Below, piece by piece: positions 37,510 to 51,470 of a stretch of DNA of 64,000 nt. A program made the position numbers and the translations under genes. Position 1 is the stretch's first letter. The number at the start of each line of letters is the position of its first letter. Below the pieces are notes generated by a model. It made no database searches, had not been told where the DNA came from, and saw only the letters and a list, made by a program, of their open reading frames with translations. Source of the stretch: Catajapyx aquilonaris (taxonomy: Eukaryota); assembly GCA_000934665.2 (NCBI GenBank), contig JYFJ02000984.1, forward strand, positions 1 through 64,000. Direction: 5' to 3'.

Positions 37510-40020
37510 TGTTGGTGAAGGTGTTGTATTCCCGTCTATGTTTCATCTTGTTTACAACAAAAGTGTTTAACATAGTAAGTTTTTTCTTATTGTTCGAACG
37601 GTGACAACCTGATGGGGATGCCTATGCATTCAACATGGGTTACTGAATGTGTCTTGTCGTGAAATCTGTCAAGTGTTCCTCCTCACAAGCGTGGCCATCA
37701 ATTTTATAGGCTACATAAACACAGGAAACCCTTTGTCAATAATAATTGTGTATGGTCTGAAGATTTTAAATATCTTATTCCCCATTTCTTTGCCTTATAC
37801 AAGCTACTGGGATCACCTCGCCATCATATATAACTTCGGAGCGGAACAGGAATACTGTATAATTATGGTACCTCATACGAAGCATCTGAGTCTAATTTGT
37901 CCTCACCCAAACCACCGCGCACCGGCTAGATTGATTAATTCTAGCTGACATGCCTTAGTGATGACTGAGGGATATCCAAGATCACATTGTTATTGATTGT
38001 ACGGAATTGGCGAAAGAAGAGTGGCTGTGGATTAATTACTGCTAAGGTAGCCATTTTTATTTATTTATTTTTATAAAGTGAACCACGTTGTGAGGGCGGA
38101 GTCCTTGTGGGTGTGGCAGCCCCAATCACGATATGACTTATAATATGAAACAGGTACAAAAGCCTTATAACAGGGAGTACAATGAAATATAACAAATAGA
38201 CAAAATTTAATCCTATACTAGATAAAGAAGAAGGAGGGCAGTTTAACAATTTAGGAGTTCATGCATGGCAAGTGGATCCCGGAAAATTGATACTTTAGCC
38301 GGGTAAGAACTTGGGAGAGTAGGTTAATCACAAAGGTCAAGCATCTTCGAAGTTTGTCAAAAAAAAAGTTATTTAACTGAAATGCTAAGGTAGTAATATT
38401 AATAATAATTAATAATTCATACCCCGTTATCAGCCATCGGCTCTGTAAGTAAATGTTTATTACCTGCTCGGGCCAAGCCCATTTGCAGGGGACCATCTTG
38501 TGTAAGTACATCTCATGAGCATTAATATTTTGAAATGCTGCATATGCGTCATAATGCTTTCTGTATCATCGGTATTATGCAGTACCAGAGGTCTTGTGTA
38601 AAGAAACTTCCTTCCCAACACATCTTGCTCGTTTTTGTCGGCGCTGGAGAAGTTCTGTCCGGTCTTTCTTTGCATAACTGGATCACTCTAGCCTGGAAAA
38701 CTGTGCGTTGCAAGACCTGACATGGGAACTGGAACGACAGGCTAGAAAAGTCTTTTTGGGATAGGAGATGGACAGACCAAGGGAGAGAACAGTCTTTCGT
38801 TTCTTCTTCTTTTGTCTCGTTATTTCCCACCTTTGTGTAGTAAAATAAAAAATGAAGAGAAGTCAATGTCAACTTGGGCAGTCTCATATCCTTGTTTCAA
38901 TTCTAAAGACTGTATGTTGTAATACAAGAAGGTAACAGGCGAATCCTGTGGATTGATGGTATTATTTATATCATCAATATACGAACATGACGTCACAAAA
39001 ATACTCACGCCTTCATTATTGTAGATGCCCCAAGCCACACATTCTACGAACAACAAGTGATCGTGTTCATGTGCACTGGATGCGGAAGTGGTTGTCCTCA
39101 CTTCATCGGTTCCTTGTTGGCTACTAGAAGTTGGTTTGGGCATGACCTGCGTAACATAACTCTGGTTATTACGCCAGGGTGACCAAGGGACATGGGATGG
39201 ACTACTTCATAGCCCAGACAGTTTGTTTTACAATATTCGTTATAACTTCTATTCCCTCGTCTTTCTGCGTAGCATGCTTTACCAGTGTTCCAGATTTGGT
39301 GAGCTTACGTGAGGCAACGTGGAAAGAAAGCATGTTGAAAGTGACCCTTTTGGTATGAAAGTTTTATTTATCGTGGCTGAGCTATATCAATTCATACGAT
39401 GATGGCGGAATGAAGAGGTCACACAGTGACCATGTAGTTACAGATTTATTCCTCCCAACGGGTCGTTGGAGTTGTTTTGCAGTTCTTGAACATGTAAAGA
39501 ATTGGCAAAGGTCTCTTCCATTGTCACATTGGAAGCATTCCCTTCACTGAAAGTTCGTAAACGTGCAACTGGTCCAGATTGGGTGTGGGTGACCAGCCCC
39601 TCACACCACGGATAGAGGTTCTGGGTGGATACTCTTTGGTGTGTCTTGTTGTACTCAATAAAGCCGCCCCTGAGAATATATGACACTGCCTCATTGAAAG
39701 TGTCAAAAACATGACCATATTATTTTGTTTCTATTCTGCAGTGGACCATTATTTCTGACAGTTATTCACGCTATAAGTACAAAATTTAATTCACAGGTAC
39801 CGACGCAGCTGTGAAATGTTACATAATAATACTTGCGTGGAACACTCTTCTTAATTTTTGTGTCTGTCGAAGGAATGCTGCTGTTTCCACCTGGCTTGTT
39901 GTAAACAGTCAGTAGCCGTCTTAATATGAATGCATGTCATTGTTTTGATCTCTTTCTCCTCTACTATAAAATAATGCATCTCATGAGCGTGGATATTTTG
40001 TAAATGCTGCAATGTGTCAC
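37510..40020 (-). pseudogene. Decayed ORF family, copies B (37.5-39.4 kb) and C (39.8-40.0 kb)
   Basis: Same motif order as copy A. B is interrupted at about 38050-38500 by unrelated sequence. C repeats the QHLQNI..H.MH and TDCLQQ..WKQQH blocks. Confidence 0.7.
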
Positions 40021-42091
40021 CAATGTACATTGCCTGAGGCAGGTATCGGCCTACGAGAAAACCTTAATCTGCTTTTGATTTTTCCTAAAGTGTGACCTGA
40101 TGACGTCGTATGGATGCCTGATTTTGCGGTCGCTCTCTTCAATGCTGAGTTTTCTTTTCAGAAAAAGTTCGTACATAAATGCAACACTTGGCTACTTAAA
40201 TATGTATGAAGTTAAAAATTATGATAGCAAAATATGAGAAAGGTGCCTTTCTTGTCATCATATTTAGTGAATCTTTCGCACAACATTCTTCACTATTTTT
40301 CTTTGTCGGATGCTTCCTGTTCTTATGTACAGTCCTGTACTCTGAAGAATCGCTCTCCTTTTCTTGGCCAATGAGCTAATTTTTTGATGCGACTATTCGA
40401 GTTACTCACAGATGCCCACGGTGGGATGTGGGATCAGTATTTACCAAATGACAAAGTAACTTTAACAGCAATGAGATGACATCAATCATATTACTGAGTT
40501 ATTACAGGCTCTTTCGTCTATATAATTATAGGAATGCATTTGTATTTGAATACTTCGTATAGGACATGTAATTCGACTGATGAGTTGTTACGTACATGAT
40601 TCCAAGCAGATCCGTAGGAATAAGAATCATGATGAATTCTAATACACTTGCATTGTAGCTATTGCTCTTTTGTCGTACCATGGTGTTACATAGTGTCCAG
40701 ATTCGGTTCCTTATTCTGTTGCATTTCGGCGACGTGGATTGCAGAAGAAATGTGATGGCCAAATTCAATTTCTTCTGGACATGTTTATACACAGGCATGT
40801 CCTGTTAATATGGTTACTTACTATTGTGACAATATGTGGGACAGTGTAGCGCTTAAGACAAACCATTGCATTGTGCCATGGTATCATGTGATCTTCTGAG
40901 CTATTCGACGTAGTAAAGTATCGCATTAAGACCAGCAAAACTCTCTGCAACTAGAATGAAATACAATAGCAAGCTAGCCGGAGGCCAGCTGATTCGGTGT
41001 CCGAGGCCGGGAGGATTAACAGGGGTTATGGGTTAAAAGGGGTTCTTCCCCTCAATAAAACCACCGTAATTATTGCCCTTCCATACACGGAGTCAGGTAG
41101 AGTCAAATCGGGTTGTTTTTTCTTGGGAAGCCCGAACCAGACCTGTCACCTTTTAAAATAGTGGACAGTAAATGTAGTCCGATGCCAATGCAACAGACTT
41201 TCAGTAGATCAATTGAAAATCTCTCTCAAGTAATGATCAATAATGATTAAACCTTATTTATAGCTACAGTATAGTTGTATCTTAAAAACAGCTGATTGCT
41301 TCATTTTTACAGTATCTTGGATAGTAAAAATTGATAAAGTACAGAAACGGATAGTACTTGTATTTGAATAGCCCCTAATCTCTTTCAGAACATTCTACTT
41401 GTCATATTGCCATATGACCTGGCCCACACGTGACACGCAATACCGAGACATCAAGTACCTCACCTGCGCAGCGTTCGTCCTATAATAATTGTTGCACCAG
41501 TTCATTGGGAGGTCTCTTGGTGCCTCCTTTTCATCTATGCGCCAATCACTCTGGCGGATTGTGCCATATCTTCTGTGGAGTCACAAAGCCGGGTACAGTT
41601 TCCAGAAAACATATCGTATTGATATTCCCACATACTGTGTTGCATAATATCCGTCTTTTCGGGAACATTTTCTTCGCCATGAGTCCCGAGATGAACTAAA
41701 TAGTGTAAAGTTTGGAAGAGAGGTTCAGGTTTTTTTCCCTTGACTTGCATTCAAACAAGGTCAGCACAACACAGCAAGTCTTCATTTGATTCTTATTTTT
41801 CTACGTACGAGAAATTTATCCTCCAGACTTCTGGTGACTACGACTCAAGATGTGGTTAAGTAAAATTATAGTTTTGATTTAGTACATTTCATGTACAGTT
41901 TATGACTATGCACATGACATTTTCTTGCCTTCTTTAATTCAAGTAATTTCGACATGCAGTAGGTGTAACAACAGTAGAGTTACTCGTGGTATGCAGCGAC
42001 TCTCATGTGTAAGTGTCACCAACGCACATCAAACGCAACACATTGTTTACTCTTCATTATTGGTAAAGGACGGGGACAACATTTATGGTGG

Positions 42092-42503
42092 TGTAGCGCC
42101 AAAACTAACTGCAACCTCAGTGACACTACAGTGGTCCCAGTTCGGGCTCAGGTATGATCTGCTATAGGACGTTCTCAAGACTTTATTATTGGCAGGAACC
42201 CAAGACCCGAGAGCACCCACTACAATGGCTTCCACATAAACCTGACGGTACCGGGACTTGAGTCTGTCAGCCAGGGCTGCGTATTTCTCTTCTTTTCTTC
42301 TTCTCTTCTTCTCTCCTCCTCCTCAAGTCTGTAAGAGTTTATATTATATACGTACTTAACCTTGTCCGGTGATCACCATTTTGTACTTCACATGGTGTTA
42401 ACCAAAACAGCTTTGGGGTAATTAATCAGCACATGTGGCCGACGTGTGGCCGAAGTTGGCATGGCCTGCGTAACGTAACTGGTTTTGTCGCAGTAGGGTC
42501 ACA
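42092..42503 (-). mobile_element. Possible solo LTR
   Basis: TGT...ACA ends, with minus-strand TATA-like and AATAAA sites. No matching TSD. Confidence 0.35.
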
Positions 42504-43449
42504 GCTTCTCTTGTGCATTTAAAAAAGTCATTTGCATTGTTATTGATTGCTCTTACTGAGTCAGCATAGGGTTCCCATTTTTTTGTATTGCGATTTCTTG
42601 TTGTCCAACATATTATTCCACACGGGGCTGCACCATTCTGGTAGTCGAATTATTTAAAGTTGGGGGTTGCTTTGTATATAGTATACTCTATATATTTAAA
42701 TTTCGTAGTACTGTATATCGAACGCCCATCCGTATAGCGGCACCCCCATATATATCACATGGAGGGGGCCGCATGCCTCATGGGCAGAAGGAGAGAAGGG
42801 ACGGAGTGACGGGCAGGGCGGCCAGTCGTTGCTGACAGAGATGTTCAGCTTTTTCGCCCAGGCTCTGATAATAAAGAGGATGTCGTGTCGCATTTTTGCT
42901 TTCCATTTTTGGCCATAATAATTATCTTCCACGAGCATCTACCTGCCTCCTAGTTATTGCCAAAAGTAATGCATATTATGACGGCATTGCACTCTCATGA
43001 CTGGAGCACATTCACTGATAGGAACAATTATTGTAACATTTTACGAATTCAACATATTATACGAAACAACATATTATAATACAGTTTCCAACGGAAAGTA
43101 TATGTTAAATGAAATAAGAAATTTTACAGGCCATTGTGCTTAGCTTCAAATCACATAGTGCAGCAAGGAATTATTAGCCCAAATCTGCGAATCATTTCTG
43201 TGTAATAATGCAGGGGGTAATGAAATTATGTTTCATGTTAATGCTGGAATAAAATGCATCGGCCGTTGTGAAAAAAATATTAAAACACATCCGGTGACAA
43301 CCTTGGATTTATTCTCCCGCCTTTCCACTGTGTTAAAATTACTGCCCAGGTCGTGCACTAATGCTATGGAATATTTTACTACAAGTGTCAAAATTAATTG
43401 GGCGAAAGAAAGTATTTTCCCTGGTATAGTAACTGTCACAAGATATGTG

Positions 43450-45190
43450 CATGTCTACATCCAATATTGTCATTCCGATTATCCGATGGCAATTCCAAAT
43501 GGCACGCAAGTCATCCAAGTCTTTCGGAGATACAAAATTTGCAAACATAATTAAGCGTTCATTGCTGCAGTTGAATGAATTTGTGCAGATCAAATCTTTC
43601 AGTAAATCTATCCACCATTGTCCCCTGAAGCGACGGTAATAAGACCATGTACTCTCGATTCTTTGATTAGAGGGTGATGTGCCATAGATATGGGCATTAT
43701 CGCTGTGTCTTAAGGTGACTTGCGTTGCTGCGGCATGCCGGCATGCACATTCCCCGTTCCACAATCGGACCTTAAGATTGTTGGGCATCCTCCCAACTTC
43801 CTCACACACTCGGAAAAATAGCCAGCAATGACATGGGGATCACTGTTAGTCGGTCCCATCTTCAGCCCCACAGTATCTTCCTGGCGTAACCATCGATGCA
43901 GCCATGCACTGCAAATCCATAAGGCTTCAGCTTATCATATAGCCATCCATATGCCAGGCATGATTTGGTCCCGCGCTAAAATAGGTTCTTCTGTGTAATC
44001 GCCTCATGCGGCGTTTGTTCTGTGCCGTCAGGATCCAATCGACGCAAGATCCTAGCCGCTTCTACAGACTTGCAACCCATACTGAGTTCTCAAAGTTGCA
44101 GTCATCATTCTGTAGCCTAAATGTGCACCTGAAATAAAAAAGGAAAATATTGAAAGAATGCATAAATTGTACAATTTTGGGGCAACAGCCCCTAAGTATA
44201 CAACCATTTTCAAGAATGAAACATCACGTCATTTGAGGGGTCTGAGATTTTAAAATACGTGCGATTTTTTACATGTGTTTGCAGAATGTAGGTGCAATAG
44301 TGAACATAACGACATATATTGGGATCCACCTGTCATGGGCTGGAGCTTCAATAGTCCATGAAAACTGAGATACATTGGCGCGGGGCCTTTATGGTCGGGT
44401 CGCCGTAACTCTGACACAGTCCATGAAAACCCACCCGGACAACTTGGGCCGATTCGGGTATCACACAATCACAACATACTGCTCCCTCTTTTCCTCTCTA
44501 TATTGATTACACACAACATACCTGGACCATGTAGTTCCTCTTGTATGCAGGCTTCCACAGAATCATCTGGGGCTTAACTTAACCTCTGCTGCAAGCCCAT
44601 ACGGTTGAGTTTGCTTTTCAGTGATCTGAGGCACATGCGAATGGCATGTCCTTACTTGAAGAAGGAAAACAATATCCTCGTATTTGTGGCGGGACGACGG
44701 GTGACGGGACATTTTTTTTTTGAACTGTTGATACGAAGGAGTGATGAATCAGCATGTCTGCTTCATGGCACTCTGAATCTGGAATGAATATAGTGTACAA
44801 AATTCACGAGGGGAATAAAATTTACAAAATCAAATGAAACCATATTATTTTCATCAATCATGATCTATTTCATGGCATTTTGAAGGAGCATAGCTGCACT
44901 GGGAACAGTAAATTACTCCTTCCATTTATAAAACTAATTATTTTGATGTGACAAGAGTTGTAAGGGGTTATTGGACACACATGCCCTCGCAAATGTCCCT
45001 GCTGCACTCCCACCCGGGGGATGGGTCTGTGCGTAGAGGTGGATGGGGTACCTGCAGAGTCCTGCATCTGGTGACCAAGGCCGGCCAGGGGTCTTCCGCA
45101 GCCCTCACAGTAGCTTGCATGGGAGTCCGCAGGAGTGAAATACCTGCTATTGCGGTCTGGGCAATGTGGCAGTGTGGACCTTGATCGTTT
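43450..45190 (-). mobile_element. Intron-containing rve/DDE transposase pseudogene, IS3EU-like
   Basis: KYEDIVFLL..HAIRMCLRSLKSKLNRMGL...CIQEELHGPG|AHLGYRMM (GT-AG intron 44521-44129), then WHMDGY.DKLKPYGFAVHGCIDGYARKILW and HIYGTSPSNQRIESTW. Frameshifted. Superfamily name is from recall. Confidence 0.75.
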
Positions 45191-47039
45191 TTCTCCCGAG
45201 GTCTTTAATTCATGAATAACTGGCTATTCCTCTTATATCCATTGTGGACTTACCGTCTGGAGCAGCTTAGCAGCCTTCCTCTGTCACATGCCCGGAATCC
45301 GGATGAAGAACAGGCCCGGATCAGCCTAATCTTTACCGCGGCGGCGGCGCGTGATTGGCGCGTGCCACTGAATAGTACCGCAATCCAAGTTATCAGGATA
45401 GTTTGAAGACCAAAATTATATAACTTGGAGGGTCATTGTCCGCCAAGATTGGTAGAGACATGTGCCACCGTGCCCCAAGCAAAATGTGCCATCATGCCCT
45501 TTTTTTTTTACCTTTCGAGTCCTCCTACTTGTGTATATCCAGTCGAATTAAATAGCACTTATTTAGGTCCTGCTCAGAATAAAGTCGCTCTGTTTCGTTT
45601 GTCTACCTTTTTCGGATCTCTTCCATTCATATGTGTCACTAACCAATGTAATCAAGGGTCGCATCCTTCAGGATCCCCATCTTGCAATATTATTCTGCCT
45701 GGAAATGTTCCATTCTGAATCTGGACGATTAATGCAAATAAAAGGGAGGTGAAAAGGTCAGTCCCGGTGTGTCTCTGACTGCGCCTTCTGCCTACTCGAT
45801 TTTCAATAGTCTGCTGGAGTCCAGATGCAAGCCATCGCCGGTCTGGGAGGTAATATTTGTTTTTTGATGAGCCTTTATCTTCGCACTTACTCCCTTGCAG
45901 AACGAGTTGTGTCGTTTGCAGAGCTCTGTAACAATGTCCTTTGGTGCTCTATCCCACGTTTCAGGGTGAGTTTTGTTATTATTATTGTGATTTATTAAAT
46001 TGTTTTGCAAACTCAGCATGTTATTAATTGTGCTCTATAGAGACAATGGAATAAAATGAACTTGTTGCTATTTTTTGCGATGTCCTGAACCATCCAGAAT
46101 CCCATAGTATTTATGTATCATTTATCCCTGCATATAGATGCATTTCCTAAGGTCCCTTCTCTCTTCGTCCGTCTTTGGGAACCAGGTTTCTTATGATGGT
46201 GATGGCGTGTGAAGAATTGGTATTTTCATATCATACTTTCAGTAGGCCTACTTGGATTATTATTGTACAGTTACTAAATATTATCATATAACATACTAAA
46301 TTTGGAGATTTGACATTTCTGAAATCATCATTAATTTTCTTGACTCCATCACGTGGTTTATAATAATTATAAGAATGGTCAGTTTCCTTGCCTGTAACCG
46401 TAAGCGCGGCAGTCGTGTTCCTCTCTGACCTTCGTTATAAACGACTGGTTTAAAAAAAAAATTATACCTGATAGTAACATGGCGGGCATGATTCTTTCTT
46501 GTTGAACTCATCATACTCACTGAATGAGCTCATTCTCCTTGCACTGTACTTCTCAATTGCATTTTGTTGTGATTAATAGTCATGCTGCAAAAGCTCTGTC
46601 GTATTCTGCTGTTTCATGTTGTTACCCTTATGTTTGTACGGGAAGGGAAGGGAGTCGCGTTACATAATTATTATTATAGCAGTAACATACCGCTTAGTTA
46701 GTGATTACCCCCACGATGTTGGGCTCATCACCCACCCACCATTCAGAAAAGAGCAACATTGTAAATATCTCTCTCCTATTGGCGGAAATATAAATTAATA
46801 TTTATGATGCCTACAGAAGTTGATTATCCTGCAATTTCTACAAGTTTACACACCCTCAGATGGTCAATGGACACTTTTAATAAGGTTTTAATGCACAATG
46901 AGTTCACATTTTACTAGATGGGGTTTGTTGTTATAAGCGTCTGGTATTGATCTTCCGTACCTATGGTCTCAGTTGTTGGTAGTATGGTAGATCATAGGTC
47001 TTACCCGAACTTGATAGCCCTTCAAGTATGTCAGCGTTG

Positions 47040-48510
47040 CATTCCATGAAGACTTAAAAGACCATTCCTTTGTTCTTCCTGCAAACCTTCCAGTGAGATC
47101 GCAGCCGGTAAAAACGTGCCATGCCAATATTGCCTCAGCTCGCTTCTCCCCCAGTTTTTCAGCAATTTGACTGATCTTGATTCTTCTCCAGTAAGAAAAT
47201 AGTTTGTTTTTTTAAAAATTTACCCCGTGATAGGGCGGAGCCCTTTTAGGAGGGAAGGGGAGGTTGCCGAGGGAGGGCGCGGTAATTATAGTCATTTCTG
47301 ACTTTCGGCATTCCATCCATTTTTCACCCTTATTCAAGCGTTCAGTAACGAAATCTTCAAACAGCTTTTGCCCAATTCTATCACGCTTAGTGATATGATT
47401 TGTTTCCATCAATACTTGCATTGTCAACAAGTTGTGAAGATCTGACTGTTTTTCATTGAATGGATTTCCATGTGACAAAATAACATCTTTCATTGAATAA
47501 ACTTTTTTCATTATTCGTCTGGTTTCATGGTTTCTAGCAGAGTTCCTATTTTGTACATATCTTTCATCAGACAGGCGCTAAACTTCTGGAGCAATCACAA
47601 AAAATTGGTCCAGTGCTTTGTCATTTTGAGTAATTCCCACGATCCCGCCAAGAACGTTCAATTTTCTATTTTCGTGCTCAATTGGATGGTCTGGTGATCT
47701 TGTTGTGAATGGAATTGGTCCATGAGTTACACCTGATTTCCCATTCAAAAAGTGTTGCCACAATGGATAGTCCTCTTTCTTTACGTATTGCGTCGTGGCC
47801 AGGTATAACACGAAAGTAATCGTGCATAATTATGATGGTCATGTGCGAAGAAATACTTATATTATAACCGATAGGTCCTTCATATTTCACACGGCACCCA
47901 GCGCCAGAGCTTCATTATTGAACTAGATATCATATGCTGCCAGACCACCACATTTATAATCCACCCTCTCCCCCCGCGAAGAAATACTTCATGAGGCGAT
48001 CTGTTGCTTCAATGGGCAATTATTCACAATCATTTTCTCTTGTTCCTCGAATGTACAACATGATTGTTTGGAACTGTTTCACGCAATTCAGTAAGAATTT
48101 CTGCACTTCACTTGCTCCAACTTCATGTTGTGACAGTTTCCCAAAGAAGTCTTTCATTTCGAGGTTACTGATTGCTTCCGATATAGTTTTAAGAACTGTG
48201 TCCTGTTCCGAATCAATTGCTTTCACGTATGCTTCAAGTAGTGTTTCAGTCAACACATTCTTTAGTTCAATATGCATTGACTCCAACTCATGGACAAGAA
48301 GATGTAGTAATGTTAGACAAGGTACAGTATGAGCTTCGAATGCTCGGTACATGTGTTTTCCAGAAAGAATCTTGGTTACGGTGACAGATGAGTACAAGCC
48401 AGCTTCAATCCATGCTTCATCAATTCCGCTTCCCTCAATGTACTTTCCCAGAGCTGCTAGTGCCCAGAACACAGTGTGTAGTTCGCCAGGTCTGAACACA
48501 AACCCGAAGG
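47040..48510 (-). mobile_element. AcademX-like transposase relic (core plus XPG-like region, internally deleted)
   Basis: RPGELHTVFWALAALGKYIEGSGIDEAWIEAGLY...ILSGKHMYRAFEAH; SPDHPIEHENRKLNVLGGIVGITQN; HGNPF; ILAWHVFTGCDLTGRFAG. Confidence 0.8.
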
Positions 48511-50792
48511 CATCTTCAGTTCTATCATCAGGCTTCGGTGCACAATGGTCCGGCTTTCTCTTTCATTATTCCTGGTGTCTGATCTTTCGTGGTACGTACA
48601 AACCGCAAATGTTCATAAGTTATTAGTTCAAAGCATGTCACTAACGCGAAAATTTATCTTATAGTTCAAAGTTACATCGTTGTACAAGTAGTGATAGACA
48701 ATATTGTGGTACACTTGTCTCGATTATGTTCTCATCTGAACGTAAACGGTAATTTCCACTTACTTATATTTACACCGATGTGTAATCATGGAATTATTTG
48801 TGGCACTGGACATGCCTACACAACAGAACAGTAACAGTTGCGATTCCTGGTAAATAACTGGAGGCTCATCCGTAAGTTATAATCCATTATCTCTCTATTA
48901 TTACTCACGACTTAAATGGAACTGCGTGTGGCCTGGTCTGGCCTGGCCGCGAAATAGATACATGTTTAGAAAACATCATTTTAGCAACGCACAGCAGTAA
49001 TGGACGGAACTCACAAAATAATTAATTAATTCTAGCACGTGACATTCCCCTTCGCCCCTCACATGACCTCCCTTTCACTATAAGCCACTGTGAAGATGTT
49101 ACCCCTGTTGGGTCAGCTCCTGAGCTACGTGGTCTGATTTGAATGTGACCGTTCCATTCGAAATCAGGGCTTCGTCAGAGACTATCTCGACTGCCTTCAC
49201 GTCACCAAATTGATCAAAAAATGCCGTTGATTGTAATGAAGACTGTAGTTTTTTCATGGCAAATGAATTGAGAGGTTTCTCTGGCCTATCAGCGGCCGGT
49301 ATTATGCATTCCGGCCATAATTCTTAGCTTCAATTCGCATAGTTCGGAAATTAATACTGTAATTGTCAGAGTTTAATTACGACTGTTCCTCTTGTGGCGT
49401 ACCAATGCATTTTCTGCAAAACCATCTACAAATTAACCAATCATGTTGGCATATAATTATGTATTCTGTTCATTCAGTCGAGGTAATTTTTCTACGATAA
49501 AGATTCATGACATCCATTACGTGTTCTTCAGAAAGTCAAATCTATGAGATTGTCGGGCACAGCCTCATTGAAGTTTTTTTTTTTTTTTTGCAAAATATTT
49601 AATAAGTTCTGGAGTGGAGTATTAGGGCAATTTATACTTCTCGCGAAATTTGCTGTACATTTAATTCACTGTAGCTTTAAATAGTGAACCATACTCAGCT
49701 TCGTAACATTGTAACGTGTGTTGCGTATTCGTGTTTTTGGCAACATTTTCACTGCAATGAGTCACGAGGTAAAATCCACTGTAAAGTTTCGTTGGTTGTT
49801 ATTTCACATGAAGTCACTGCACAGACGAATGACAGTGCTCTTTCTCAATTTGCTCCTTCATTTGATATTTGGTGCAAAATGAGTTGTTGGATTCCTCAGC
49901 TATTATACTTTATATTCTGGAAGAGTAAGTGATGTCAGAGCTCCCTGCAGTGCCTGGAGGATTCTTCACGCAGGATGTGGATGATGGAGTGACATGAAGG
50001 GCGAATGAAACATTTATATGCTGCGATTGTTCATCCATTCAGGTGTTTCGTACGGCGAAAGAGGTTTTTCTCTTTCCCCAACTGAGGGTTCTTCTTTGGT
50101 CGCGCTTCCAGTAATTCAGTCGCCCTGACGTTGTTGTGGTGTTTGCAATTATTGCACTCAACGTGCACTCAACAATGCATATTGTCATATTGTCGCTTTA
50201 TTCAATCCATAATTCTTGAACTCCACATCTTCCCACAATCTTTAACTTGAAGGCATCCCCATTGCTATTTATCACACTTTGGTGCACGATCGTTCTTCCT
50301 TCTCTCTTATTCTTCAGGTTTTCGGATCTTTCGTGGTACCGTATATACTTGAGCGTATGTGTATACACATAAGTTCAAATGATGTCACTGATGAAATAGT
50401 TTATCTAATCGTTACAAGTTACATATTTGTACAAGTACTTATGTGCATTACAATATATTGTCATTTGCTATTTGATGCCACGTCGATTGTCGTCCTGAGT
50501 TGTAAATTCCAGTCCTCTTTGTGTCTCCAGTCTCTCCACCTTGCCCTTTTGGGTGGTGCTCTTGTCACTTCTCATTTTGATTGTGAGTGATCACCACTTG
50601 GTAATTGCCACTACGGTGTATCTGCACTACCAGTTGCCCTCACCAGTCGAATGGTAAAGTAGCATACTGGTTACACGAAAATTGGTCACGTGGAAAGCAC
50701 GCATATGACATATACGACTCAACTTTTTTCTTACATAAGTTAAGAAGACATACTCGAAAATTATTACCGTGGATTTATCTGTACAGTCAATA

Positions 50793-51470
50793 CAGGGTGA
50801 TTACAAATGAATAGTATAATTACAAATGCATATAGCTCCGTACCTATCAACCGTACATGAACGTGTTATACGCCAAATGAAAGAGGAGGTTTTAAAGTTT
50901 TTTTCATGCCTTATAAATGTTCTATATGATTTACCTTGGTCACTCGAGAAACGTCGATCCGATAGTGCAATTCCTCCCATACTCGTGCCAGCATGTCCGT
51001 TGTCACTGACTCAACCGCAGTAACAATGCACTGGCATTCAGATGTTCGCCAGTTTCTGAACAATGTGCTCCTTCGTCGTTGGATAGGTCGCAGTGACCTG
51101 CAAGACTTGTCGCTTTACTGCTGGCCCCCAAGGTCGCCGGATTTGACGCCATGCGACTTCTTCCTTTGGGGGTACGTGAAGGATGCTGTGTACGTGCCAC
51201 CGATGCCAACAACCCTGGATGAACTCAAACATCGCATTGTTGCTGCGGTAGAGTCAGTGACAACGGACATGATGGCACGAGTATGGGAGGAATTGCACTA
51301 TCGGATCGACGTTTCTCGAGTGACCAAGGGAAGTCATATAGAACATTTATAAGGTATGAAATAAACTTCAAAACCTCCTCTTTCATTTGGTGTATAACAT
51401 GTTCATGTGCGGTTGATAGGTACGGAGCTATATGCATTTGTAATTATACTATTCATTTGTAATCACCCTG
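50793..51470 (+). mobile_element. Tc1/mariner (rosa/DD41D-like) fold-back element with about 235-bp inverted arms and TA TSD
   Basis: TA-CAGGGTGATTACAAATG...CATTTGTAATCACCCTG-TA. Encodes only the C-terminal transposase piece RWIGR...WPPRSPDLTPCDFFLWGYVK...GSHIEHL. Confidence 0.92.
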
